In this document: positions 18,015 through 27,066 of the stretch, piece after piece
Position numbering within the stretch: the first letter of the stretch is position 1
Layout of the letters: each line of letters opens with the position of its first letter
Assembly: GCA_043779525.1 (NCBI GenBank)
Contig: JAYWED010000008.1
Location: 24,881-88,880 of the forward strand
Origin: Candidatus Eiseniibacteriota bacterium
GTDB taxonomy: Bacteria; Eisenbacteria; RBG-16-71-46; SZUA-252
Reading direction: 5' to 3'
DNA length: 64,000 nt
The notes under the pieces: model-generated
Databases searched by the model: none
Told to the model about the DNA's origin: nothing
The model's input: only the letters and a program-made list of their open reading frames with translations
Position numbers and translations under genes: made by a program

Positions 18015-18587
18015 TCAAGAACCATGATCAGCTCGGACGTTACGAGACGGGCATCCCACTCTCTGGTACGTTTGGACGAGCCCGGACCGACCGTGCAGGC
18101 TACGTATCGACTCCCCTGCGAGCTGGAAGCCCGCGTTCTGCAGAACTTTGCATGAGGCAGCGTTATCGGCTGCGACGATCGCAATGATTCGCGGCAGGGA
18201 GAAGCGCGGCAGCGCCCATTCCGACATCGCCTTGACCGCTTCGGATGCAAACCCTTTGCGCTGGCGTCCCTCCTCGATTGCGTAACCTATCTCAACCTGC
18301 CCATCGAGCGGACTGAGTCCAACGTGTCCGATGAGTTCCCGCGAACCATGGATACAGACCCCGAGGACATAGGGCGCAAGGGATGGTGTGCCGGGGTCGC
18401 GACATTTCTCGATCAGGTGCCGCAACACCTCGAGCGCGCGTGCCTCACTCTCATACACCTGATCCGGAAGCCACGCGCGCACTCCGGACTCCTGGCTCAT
18501 TGCGAAGGCCTTGGGTGCATCCTCCGGCACGAAGCAGCGCAGCGCCACGGACCGCGATAGGATGGGGGGCTGAGTGTTCGCGATCAT
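18015..18587 (-). CDS. GNAT-family N-acetyltransferase (RimJ/RimL-like)
   Basis: ...IGHVGLSPLDGQVEIGYAIEEGRQRKGFASEAVKAM... is the acetyl-CoA binding motif A (R/Q-x-x-G-x-G/A). Confidence 0.8.
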   Translation of the reverse strand: MIANTQPPILSRSVALRCFVPEDAPKAFAMSQESGVRAWLPDQVYESEARALEVLRHLIEKCRDPGTPSLAPYVLGVCIHGSRELIGHVGLSPLDGQVEIGYAIEEGRQRKGFASEAVKAMSEWALPRFSLPRIIAIVAADNAASCKVLQNAGFQLAGESIRSLHGRSGLVQTYQRVGCPSRNVRADHGS

Positions 18588-18594
18588 GCCGTCG

Positions 18595-19947
18595 TTACTT
18601 CAGCTCCAGCTTGTAGAGCCTCCCGGCGTTCGTGCGCAGCACCATCGTTGCGATCTCCTCGGCGCGGGCGCGACTGACCTCGCCGGTCCGGATCATCTCG
18701 GTGAGGGCCAGCGCGAGCGCCGCTCTCGCGTTCCTGGCGGCGACCCAGGCGGTCAGCTCCCAGCCCATGTCCGGCCCGAGCGCGAACGCGTCGGAGCCGA
18801 AGAGCACCTTCTCGGGGTACTGGCTGAGCCAGTCCTTCAGCACCTCGGCCAGCTTGGCCGGCGGGTAGACCAGCGTCATCAGCGACATGTCGACGTAGAC
18901 GTTCGGCTTCCACAGCATCGCGCCGGCGCGAGCCGAATAGACGCCGCCGCCGTGGAGGATGACGAAGTTCGTCTGACGCAGGCTCGGATCGTCGAACGCC
19001 GCCTCCAGCAGCATCGGGTCGGCCCCGGCCACGCTGTAGAACGGCCCGAATGCGTGAAACGAATGGACGTGGACCGCCATCCCGAGACGACCGGCTTCAC
19101 GCGCGATGTAGCGAAAGAGAAAATCCTGGAGCGCCTTGTAGTCGTCGTGGGACGGTTCGCCGCCTGCGGCGTACCTCCCGTAGATCCTGCTCGCGGTCGC
19201 GGCGGGAACCTCCGCGAAGTCGAGTGAACGGATGTAGGCGGCCTCGAATTTCACCGCGATGCAGCCTCCCTTCCGCTGCGCCTCGAGCGTGGGAGTCACC
19301 ACCGTCTTGAGATAGGCGTCGAGCGTCGCGGGGCGCCTGGCGATCTTGAGATCGGACATGTAGCGCCGCAAGTGCTTCGCTTCGAGCGGATAGAGCACCT
19401 CGCGGTCGGGCGAGACGGCAGCCTCGGCCTTCGTGGAGAGCGGCAGCAATAGCGCGTCCACGTAGGAGACCCAGCGAAACCGCGGCGGTGTGAGGCCCGG
19501 CCCCATGGCGAGGCGGTTCGCGAAGAGCACTTCCGTGCCGACCTGGTCCAGCACCCACGCCGGGAACCTCTCTCCCTGCTCTTTGGCGACCCGCTGCATC
19601 GTCCCGCGCAGCTCCTTCATGTGCGCGTCGCTCAGGTCGGCGTAGGGATACCGGTAGAGCGCCTTGTATGCGGCGAGCCAGTCCGGGTTGTCCGGCCTGA
19701 GCCGCGCGGGCATCTCGATCGGGATGCCGTCGAGCGGCAGCGCGTCGTAGTCCGAATCTGCGGGAGCCACACTGTTCGCGTGGCTGTGATTGTCCACCGC
19801 GCGGATCTTCCCGATGAATGCGGCGATCCCGGGGTCCGCTCCTGACTGAGGGGAAGCCGCCGCGATGGCGCCAGGGAGAGGCGAGACGCGCGCCAGAACC
19901 GCGGCGCCAACAACGAGCAGAAATGTCGCGATCCTGTGTGGCCTCAT
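18595..19947 (-). CDS. amidohydrolase-family metal-dependent hydrolase (exported)
   Basis: Signal peptide, HSHANS metal-binding start, and the ...AVHVHSFHAFGPF..., ...ILHGGGVY... and ...FGSDA... motifs of the amidohydrolase_2 TIM-barrel. Confidence 0.7.
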   Translation of the reverse strand: MRPHRIATFLLVVGAAVLARVSPLPGAIAAASPQSGADPGIAAFIGKIRAVDNHSHANSVAPADSDYDALPLDGIPIEMPARLRPDNPDWLAAYKALYRYPYADLSDAHMKELRGTMQRVAKEQGERFPAWVLDQVGTEVLFANRLAMGPGLTPPRFRWVSYVDALLLPLSTKAEAAVSPDREVLYPLEAKHLRRYMSDLKIARRPATLDAYLKTVVTPTLEAQRKGGCIAVKFEAAYIRSLDFAEVPAATASRIYGRYAAGGEPSHDDYKALQDFLFRYIAREAGRLGMAVHVHSFHAFGPFYSVAGADPMLLEAAFDDPSLRQTNFVILHGGGVYSARAGAMLWKPNVYVDMSLMTLVYPPAKLAEVLKDWLSQYPEKVLFGSDAFALGPDMGWELTAWVAARNARAALALALTEMIRTGEVSRARAEEIATMVLRTNAGRLYKLELK

Positions 19948-20116
19948 GAACGTTCCTCTACTTGTTACGCATCGGTTGGCTGTCACTCCGTGAAACTACT
20001 TGTATTTATGAGGGCTCGGACGTATGATACCGCGTTCTCATCGCACGTGTAAGTGCTTTGAGGACGGGGCGTTCAGAGGTGTTCTCGTCCGAAGCCGTTG
20101 GAGAAAGGTGGCGCAC

Positions 20117-21040
20117 ATGCGGAAGGTAGTTTTACTCCTCGCAGTGGCGGGTCTACTAGTTGCTTCCCACGTACTCGCGCAGCCGAATGAGGATGGCGTC
20201 TGGCGAGTCCGCGGAGACAATGGCGAGATCGTCCACGTACTCCCGCCCCAGGCGGCGGCCGAAGCATCGGAACATCGGTTCGGTATGGAGCAGCCTCCGG
20301 TTCGGATGAACGGCTACAGTGTTTACAATGCCAGCTATGGTTCGGTTCCGGGCCAGCTCGACGACCACGGCGGCGCGGTGGTTTCCGGCGCTGCGTTCCA
20401 GCCGATCTTCTACAACGGCGCCACGGCGGCGGCTCTGCAGAGCGGCGTTGACAACTTCCTGACCAACTTCAGCAGCTCGGATCCGGGAATGAAAGTGATC
20501 ACCCAGTACAGCAAGACCGGCAACGCCATCTCGGCCTCGCTGACGCATGCTGCCGATTTCGTCGACAATCTTGCCGCTCCGAGGAGGATCTCCGACTCCG
20601 GTGTGCAGTCCTATCTGTCGGGGCTGTTCAACGCGGGGCGCGTCACCGCCACGACGAACACGGTCTACGGCGTCTATCTGCCGCAGGGAACGACCTCGAC
20701 GCTCGGATCGTCCCGGTCCTGCTCGAGCTACTGTGGTTATCACAGCAGCTACACGTACAACGGCCGGACCATTCTCTATGCCGTGTTCCCCTATCTCGAT
20801 TGCAACGGCTGTACGTTATCCGGAAAGACCGTCGTCGATATGGAGACGATCGTGACCTCGCACGAGATCCGTGAGGCAGCCACCGATCCAGTGAACGCGT
20901 GGTGGGAGTCTACTTCCGGCTACGAAGCCGATGACAAGTGCGCCTGGCACAACCTGTACCAGCAGACCGGCGGCGCATGGGTGCAGCCGGAATACTCCAA
21001 CGCCTTGAGCGGTTGGCCGCGCGGCTGCATCACCCCGTAA
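20117..21040 (+). CDS. hypothetical secreted protein
   Basis: MRKVVLLLAVAGLLVASHVLAQP signal peptide. Gly/Ser/Thr/Tyr-rich mature region. No recognised domain. Confidence 0.5.
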   Translation: MRKVVLLLAVAGLLVASHVLAQPNEDGVWRVRGDNGEIVHVLPPQAAAEASEHRFGMEQPPVRMNGYSVYNASYGSVPGQLDDHGGAVVSGAAFQPIFYNGATAAALQSGVDNFLTNFSSSDPGMKVITQYSKTGNAISASLTHAADFVDNLAAPRRISDSGVQSYLSGLFNAGRVTATTNTVYGVYLPQGTTSTLGSSRSCSSYCGYHSSYTYNGRTILYAVFPYLDCNGCTLSGKTVVDMETIVTSHEIREAATDPVNAWWESTSGYEADDKCAWHNLYQQTGGAWVQPEYSNALSGWPRGCITP

Positions 21041-21119
21041 CGTTCCTTTCTAGAGTCCTTCAACCTGTGCCGAGGGCGGTGGTTCACTACCGCCCTCGGT
21101 TTTCATTAAGGAGAACCCG

Positions 21120-22262
21120 ATGATCGCGAGCGTTGTCGCGGCTGGAATGCTTGCCTCCGAGGTGCTCGCTCTCGTCCACGGCCGTCCTGTCACTCGTGCC
21201 GATCTTCAGGCGGCTCTGCAGGAGCGTGACCGTCAGGAGTACGTGGATGCGCTTGCGAACCTTCGCGATTTCCAGCACGCGGCCGTGCGCGACTACCTCG
21301 GTCGTCAGGCGGTGAAGCGCGACGCGACTCAGCAGAGCCAGCCGGAGGACTCGATTTACGCGCGCACGCTGGCAACCGACTACGCCCACTTCGACCCGAA
21401 CCTGCGCAACCACATCCAGCGGCAGCGCGAGAAGGTCTACGACATCGAGAAGTCCGCGCTCGACGCGGCGGTCGAGAAGCGCCTGTTCGAAGAGGTTGCG
21501 CGGGCGAGAGGCATGTCCCCCGAGAGGCTGACGGCCACCCTCTCGCAACAGGTCGCGCCGGTGACCGCGGGCGACCTCGAGTTCATCAAGGCCTACGAGG
21601 AGAGCAAGCAGCAGGTCAGTGTCACGGTGGCGCCGGGTGAACCGCGACTCGAGGCAGCGATTCGGGCGGCGCGCGTCGAGCAGGTGCGCATGGCGCTGAT
21701 TGATTCCGTGCGAGCCCTGGACGTGATTGGAGAACGACTGCCCCCGCCGCGCGTGGCGGTCACGACGACCGGCGCATCCGTCGTCGGAGCGCCGTCGGCT
21801 CCGGTTCGGATCGTCGTCTTCACGGACTTCGAGTGTCCCTACTGTCTTGAATCCGAGCGAACGCTCGCGCGCATTCGCGAGAAATACGGGGACCGCGTCG
21901 CTCTCTTCTACCTCAACTTCCCGCTACCCACCCACGCCTCGGCGCGCCCGGCGGCCATCGCGGCCCTGTGCGCGGCGTCTCAGGGCCGGTACCTTGCCTA
22001 CCACGACCTGTTGTTCGCCCATCAGCAGGATCTCGCCCATGCGGACTATGCGGCATGGGCCGCGGCCTCGGGACTCAACCGTGCGAAGTTCGAGGCTTGC
22101 GTCGCTTCGGGCGACCTGGACCGCCGCGTGGACGATGACATCCGCGAAGGGATTGCAGCAGGCGTCAATGGGACACCCACGTTCTTCGTGAACGGCCGCT
22201 TGGTCACGAAGAATGAAGCCCTGCTCCAGGTGGTCGCTGAGGAGGCGGCAACGGCGCAATAA
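21120..22262 (+). CDS. DsbA-family thiol:disulfide oxidoreductase with an N-terminal extension
   Basis: Thioredoxin-fold CPYC active site (...VFTDFECPYCLESERTL...) and the ...GVNGTPTFFVNGR... cis-Pro loop region. Confidence 0.8.
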   Translation: MIASVVAAGMLASEVLALVHGRPVTRADLQAALQERDRQEYVDALANLRDFQHAAVRDYLGRQAVKRDATQQSQPEDSIYARTLATDYAHFDPNLRNHIQRQREKVYDIEKSALDAAVEKRLFEEVARARGMSPERLTATLSQQVAPVTAGDLEFIKAYEESKQQVSVTVAPGEPRLEAAIRAARVEQVRMALIDSVRALDVIGERLPPPRVAVTTTGASVVGAPSAPVRIVVFTDFECPYCLESERTLARIREKYGDRVALFYLNFPLPTHASARPAAIAALCAASQGRYLAYHDLLFAHQQDLAHADYAAWAAASGLNRAKFEACVASGDLDRRVDDDIREGIAAGVNGTPTFFVNGRLVTKNEALLQVVAEEAATAQ

Positions 22263-22316
22263 GTGCCGTCGGGCACGCTGCCGCCGAATCAAGCCACACC
22301 ACGCCTCCAACCCCCG

Positions 22317-24578
22317 TCATCCCCACACCTCGCGCATGACCTCGTTGAATCGGGGTTGCGCGCGATGGTATTCCCAGAATGGAAGCCTGCGGGACCAGAC
22401 CACCATCGGATCGCGCTCGGCCACGGCGCGCTCGGACCAGCGAATCGCCGGCTCCTCGAGTCCCGCGCTGCCCGCCGCCACCGAGAGCCAGGAGGGCGAC
22501 ACGAACTCGTGGCGCGAGCGCCCCTCCAGCTCGTCGTAGCACGCACGCGCGCGGTCCGTACGGCCGGCCCGACCGTACGTCCACGCCAAGAGACCGAGCG
22601 CCCAGGGGTGGCGACCCGAATCCACCAGCAGGGCCGGCGCCTCCGCGATCGCGCGGTCGTAGTGGCCGGCCCACGCATGGCCGCGCACCAGGTTCCAGTG
22701 GGCAAAGAATGATTCCGCGTCGAGGCCCATGGACCGCTCCGCCTCGACGATCGATTCCTCGTGCCTTCCCAGGATCCCGAGAAGGTACGAGTACATCCCG
22801 CCGACCCAGGCGTTGAGTGGATCGTCTTGAACGGCGCGGCGAAGCTCGACGAGGGCTACTTCGTCGAGCATTGCACCGCGGATGACTCTCCACAGCGCCC
22901 ACTGAGCGCGGGTGGTCGCGTTGCGCGGCTCGAATTCCAGCGCCCGCGCGTATAGCGAGTCGGAGCGCTCGAAGTTGCGCTCGTATTGCTCCTCCACCGC
23001 CGCCAGCGTCGCCCAGGCTTCGGCAAGTCTCGGATCGATCGCCAGGGCCCGCTCGGCCAGGGCCTTCGACCTCGGCATGACCTCCGCGGACGGGGCGGCG
23101 CCGAAAACGCCCAACAGCCGGTAGGAATCGGACAGGGACGCCAGGGGCTCCGCATACCCGGGATCGATCGCGATCGCCCTCTCGAAGCAGGCGGCCGCCT
23201 GCGGCATGAACCGGCCACGCTTCATCTGCAGCCCACGGCCCCGCAGCAGAAGCTCGTACGCTTCGAGGTTCTTGGTGCCGCCGCGCGCGCGGCTCCGGAT
23301 CGCTTCGGCATGCAGGGCCCCGCGCAGCCGGGTGGCGATGGCGCTCGCGATCTCGTCCTGCACCGCGAAGACGTCCGTCATCTCGCGATCGTAGCGCTCC
23401 GACCAGAACTGGTAGCCGTCTGCGGCATTGGCGAGCTGAACGGTGATGCGCAGCCGCGGGCCGGCCCGGCGAACCGTCCCTTCCAGCACGGTGGTCACAT
23501 CCAGCTTCTCGCCGATCGCGCGCAGGTCCTCCCTCCGTCCCTTGAACGCGAAGCATGACGCGCGCGCCGCCACCCGCAGGCCCTCGACCTGTGAGAGCGC
23601 GTTCAGGATTTCGTCGGTGACGCCGTCGGCGAAGTATTCGTCGTCGGCACCGCTCAGGTTCTCGAACGGCATCACCGCGACCGATTTCTCGCGGCCCGCG
23701 GCTGCCCTTCCACCGCCCGAGGCGACGTCGGACAGCTCGAGCCGCACGTCACGAATGTCGCGCGGCCGCTCGTCGGCGTCCTTGCGCAGGCAGCGTCGCA
23801 GAATCTCGCGGATCCTCGGCGGGGTGCCCGCCGGCAGCGCCGCCCAGTCGGGCTCCCGCTCGAGGATTCGCGCGATCAGATCCGACGTGGTCTCGCCGGC
23901 AAAGGCCGGACGTCCCGTGAAGCACTCGAAGAGCACGCAGCCGAACGACCACACGTCGCTCCGCCGGTCCACCGGCTTGCCGCGCGCCTGCTCGGGGCTC
24001 ATGTAGGCCGCGGTGCCGAGGATCACGCCGGCGGCCGTCGCGCTGGGGTTCTTGGAGAACGTCGGCGAATCGGAGGTCATGGCGCCGCTATCCGGTCCCG
24101 GATCGCTCTTCGCGAGCCCGAAGTCGAGCACCTTCGCCATTCCGGACTGGTTGATCATCACGTTGCCGGGCTTGAGATCGCGGTGGACGATGCCGCGCTC
24201 GTGGGCGGCCTCGATCGCGCCCGCGATCTGGATGCCGAGCGACAGCGCCTCGCCCTGCGGCAATGCCCCGCGCGCCAGGCGCGCAGCGAGCGTCTCCCCT
24301 TCCACAAGCTCGAGAACGAGGTGGGGAGCGCCCTCTGCCTCCTCGAGGCCGTAGATCGCCGCGATGTTCGGATGGTTCAGGGAGGCGAGGGTCTGAGCCT
24401 CGCGTCGGAAGCGGGACAGCCGCGCCGGGTCGGCGGCGAACGCGGGGGGTAGCGCCTTGATCGCGACATCCCGCCCGAGCCGCGTGTCCCGCGCGCGGTA
24501 GACCTCGCCCATGCCTCCGGCGCCGAGAGGTCCGACAATTTCGTGCGGGCCGAGCCGGGTGCCGACGGTTAGTGCCAT
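22317..24578 (-). CDS. Ser/Thr protein kinase with TolB_N-like and TPR domains
   Basis: GAGGMGEVYRARD, HRDLKPGNVM, DFGLAK, GTAAYMSPEQ. Central VAVMPFENLSGADDEYFADGVTDEILNAL module, then a C-terminal TPR array. It is a close paralogue of the kinase domain at 1809-5408. Confidence 0.85.
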   Translation of the reverse strand: MALTVGTRLGPHEIVGPLGAGGMGEVYRARDTRLGRDVAIKALPPAFAADPARLSRFRREAQTLASLNHPNIAAIYGLEEAEGAPHLVLELVEGETLAARLARGALPQGEALSLGIQIAGAIEAAHERGIVHRDLKPGNVMINQSGMAKVLDFGLAKSDPGPDSGAMTSDSPTFSKNPSATAAGVILGTAAYMSPEQARGKPVDRRSDVWSFGCVLFECFTGRPAFAGETTSDLIARILEREPDWAALPAGTPPRIREILRRCLRKDADERPRDIRDVRLELSDVASGGGRAAAGREKSVAVMPFENLSGADDEYFADGVTDEILNALSQVEGLRVAARASCFAFKGRREDLRAIGEKLDVTTVLEGTVRRAGPRLRITVQLANAADGYQFWSERYDREMTDVFAVQDEIASAIATRLRGALHAEAIRSRARGGTKNLEAYELLLRGRGLQMKRGRFMPQAAACFERAIAIDPGYAEPLASLSDSYRLLGVFGAAPSAEVMPRSKALAERALAIDPRLAEAWATLAAVEEQYERNFERSDSLYARALEFEPRNATTRAQWALWRVIRGAMLDEVALVELRRAVQDDPLNAWVGGMYSYLLGILGRHEESIVEAERSMGLDAESFFAHWNLVRGHAWAGHYDRAIAEAPALLVDSGRHPWALGLLAWTYGRAGRTDRARACYDELEGRSRHEFVSPSWLSVAAGSAGLEEPAIRWSERAVAERDPMVVWSRRLPFWEYHRAQPRFNEVMREVWG

Positions 24579-24644
24579 GGGGCGTGCGAAGATGCCCTAC
24601 GTCATCGCGACCAATACGAGCGCCGTTCGGGAACCGCGGCGCTG

Positions 24645-24690
24645 TACCGGGATTTGAGCCCGGGAATAACGGTTTTGCGGGCGGTCCGGG
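24645..24690 (-). pseudogene. tRNA-Cys-derived fragment (anticodon arm to T-arm, degenerate; no intact 5' half)
   Basis: CCGGGATTTGAGCCCGGGAATAACGGTTTTGCGGGCGGTC is about 88 % identical to the 3' portion of the tRNA-Cys at 1505-1560. The acceptor 5' strand is absent. Confidence 0.6.
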
Positions 24691-24926
24691 CCTTCATAGG
24701 GTAGTGGGGGGAGAACAACGAGCGGCGGCGGGCAATTACGGTTCGGATCCCCATAATCCAACTCCTCCCGGGTCAGATGCGCTTTCTGCCGGAGATCGTG
24801 GATTGGGCAACTGACTATCGTCCGTGACGCGCAACCTGCCAAGTCCGTACGGCCGCGTCAATCAATATTTGGCATGGCGCGGGAGCTGGGGCCGGATCTG
24901 CGCCTCCGTGAGCACGCCGCCGCCGC

Positions 24927-26423
24927 TCAGGGCTCCTGGCTGACCCGATAGAGAATTCCCCGACGGATGCCGAGGTACATGACCCCTCCTCCCTTCTGAA
25001 ATGTCGGGCCATGCCGCACGATCCCATCGAAGATCGGACCCGGTCGGCCATCAAGGATCACCCGCCGCACGTCGCCGTCGACGGCCTGAAAGGCCAGATG
25101 CTTCCCGTCCGGACTGATCCGCAGTGATCCTTTTTCGATGCCAGCGTAGGACTCGGGCCTGGGCGTGCCATCCACGACGATTCGCCACTTCGAGCCCTCG
25201 CGCGCCGTGTAAGCGATACAGGTATTGTTCGCGCTGAAAGCAAACTCGCCAATCGCGTCCCATGAGGGTCCTGCACGTCCGTCTAGAACGAGGGCCCAGA
25301 CATCGCCGGTGAGGGCCGCATAGGCCATCCTTTCGCCGTCGGCGCTGAGCCGAAGATCCCATATGACGTCGAACGCCCGGTCCGACCTGCCATTGAGAAC
25401 AGCGCTCCACTTCGACCCATCGCGCGCCACATACGCATAATGGTCGCCGCTCGGGGAGAAAGTAATGGTTCGTTCAGCGATCAAATCGTGCTCGCGAACC
25501 CGTTTGCCGTCCAGAACGAAGACCTGCTTCGCTCCGCTTGTGGACACGTAGGCCAGATGTCCGCCGCGTGGGCTCCAGGTGACGCTTCCAGGAGAGAGGT
25601 CGTCAAAGCTTTGGTCGGGTCCATTTCCCCCCACCACGGTATGCACGCGTCCGCTGCTGGAGGCGTAGGCAAGTTGACCGTGATCGGGGCTGAATACGGG
25701 GGGGCCGACGCGATCGCACCACGGTCCAGGCACTCCATCCATGACCACTGACTGTTTCCCATGAAGGGTGGCCGTGTAGGCGATATGGCTTCCGTCCGCG
25801 CTGAATACGGGATCCCCTGCGAGATCGTACAGTGGACCCAGGGATCCATCGACGACCACGAGCTGCTTGCCGGCTCGCGATGCGGTATAGGCGAGCCTCT
25901 TCCCATCGGAACTAAGTCTCGGATCACCGACCAGGTCAAACATCGGGCCGAGGGCTTCATCCCGAACGACCGTCCATTGCTCGCCAATGCGGGCAGCGTA
26001 GCCCACACCCTTCCCGTTTGAGCTGAAGACCGGGCTGTCCTCGCCCAGCTCGTCGCACGGCGGGCCGGGGTGTCCATCCACGATCAATACCCAGTGGTCC
26101 CCCTGCTTCGCTCCGTAGGCGACTCGCCTCCCGTCCGGACTGAACCGGGGAGAATCCTCAGCGATTGCGTCGCACTCGGGCCCAGGCACTCCATCGATTA
26201 CGGCGACCGCGCGCCCGTGGACTGTCGCAGCGAAGGCGACGCGGAGTCCGTCAAGGCTCTCGGATTGGAACACGATATCCATCCGGGTGGATCCGAGCGG
26301 AGTCATGGAGATGTTCGAGGGAGGAATTCCCTCTCGAGCCATTTCGCCATTCGCGGATTCCACAGGAAACGCGGAGCCAAAAAAGATGCTCGCGAGGCAC
26401 AATCCGGAAACCATACCAAGCAC
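24927..26423 (-). CDS. exported PD40/WD40-like beta-propeller repeat protein (TolB-like repeats)
   Basis: Signal peptide followed by at least 10 iterations of S(P/A)DG..(L/I)AY.A...G...V..DG..GP..D.....FS. Confidence 0.7.
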   Translation of the reverse strand: MLGMVSGLCLASIFFGSAFPVESANGEMAREGIPPSNISMTPLGSTRMDIVFQSESLDGLRVAFAATVHGRAVAVIDGVPGPECDAIAEDSPRFSPDGRRVAYGAKQGDHWVLIVDGHPGPPCDELGEDSPVFSSNGKGVGYAARIGEQWTVVRDEALGPMFDLVGDPRLSSDGKRLAYTASRAGKQLVVVDGSLGPLYDLAGDPVFSADGSHIAYTATLHGKQSVVMDGVPGPWCDRVGPPVFSPDHGQLAYASSSGRVHTVVGGNGPDQSFDDLSPGSVTWSPRGGHLAYVSTSGAKQVFVLDGKRVREHDLIAERTITFSPSGDHYAYVARDGSKWSAVLNGRSDRAFDVIWDLRLSADGERMAYAALTGDVWALVLDGRAGPSWDAIGEFAFSANNTCIAYTAREGSKWRIVVDGTPRPESYAGIEKGSLRISPDGKHLAFQAVDGDVRRVILDGRPGPIFDGIVRHGPTFQKGGGVMYLGIRRGILYRVSQEP

Positions 26424-26784
26424 GCGTTACCTCCCGGTATTATTGACCCTGGCGAGGGAAGCCGGATTCGGATGATTGCTGACGCCGGGCACCAACACCC
26501 TCGCCCGCAACGGATCATCCGAGATCGCTGCCCTGGGTATTCGCTCCGCAGCAGATTTCGACGACGACGATACCTCAAGGGGCCTTCACCTGCTACGGGT
26601 CTGCTACGGCCCCAACTCTCCGGAACCTGGGAAACCCCGGATCTGAAGGGCGATGCCTCGACCCGGTGTGACTGGTTGCAGGAGGTGAAAATCGCTTCAT
26701 CGCTGACCGCTGTGGGTGTAAGATGCTAGGGTTACCGGATTCCCGCAGCCCACACTCTGCGCTCGCGGGCGATGCTTCAGGCAC

Positions 26785-26818
26785 GGACGCCAGAGGTAGC
26801 CTTGGCGTCCGTTTTTGT
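26785..26818 (+). terminator. intrinsic terminator-like hairpin plus T-run in the intergenic region
   Basis: GGACGCCA-gaggtagcct-TGGCGTCC followed by GTTTTTGTG. No annotated plus-strand gene lies upstream. Confidence 0.4.
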
Positions 26819-27066
26819 GCCAGAGGCTATGGCCTTCTTCGAAGCCCGGCACCTTGCCGTAGCAGTCGTACGGCTAACCGGCGACCGGTCGCCGAACGAG
26901 AGGAATGCCATCAGATGCAAACGAACAGAAGCACGCCTCACATGAAGGGCTCGATGTCGAGCGAGGGAGAAAGCCTTCGAGAGGTGCCCGGGAAAGGGGC
27001 CACCCTCTCAAGCGCGCGAGGAAACTTCTCATTCGATATCCATTCAAAAACCAGAAGGAGGTAACG

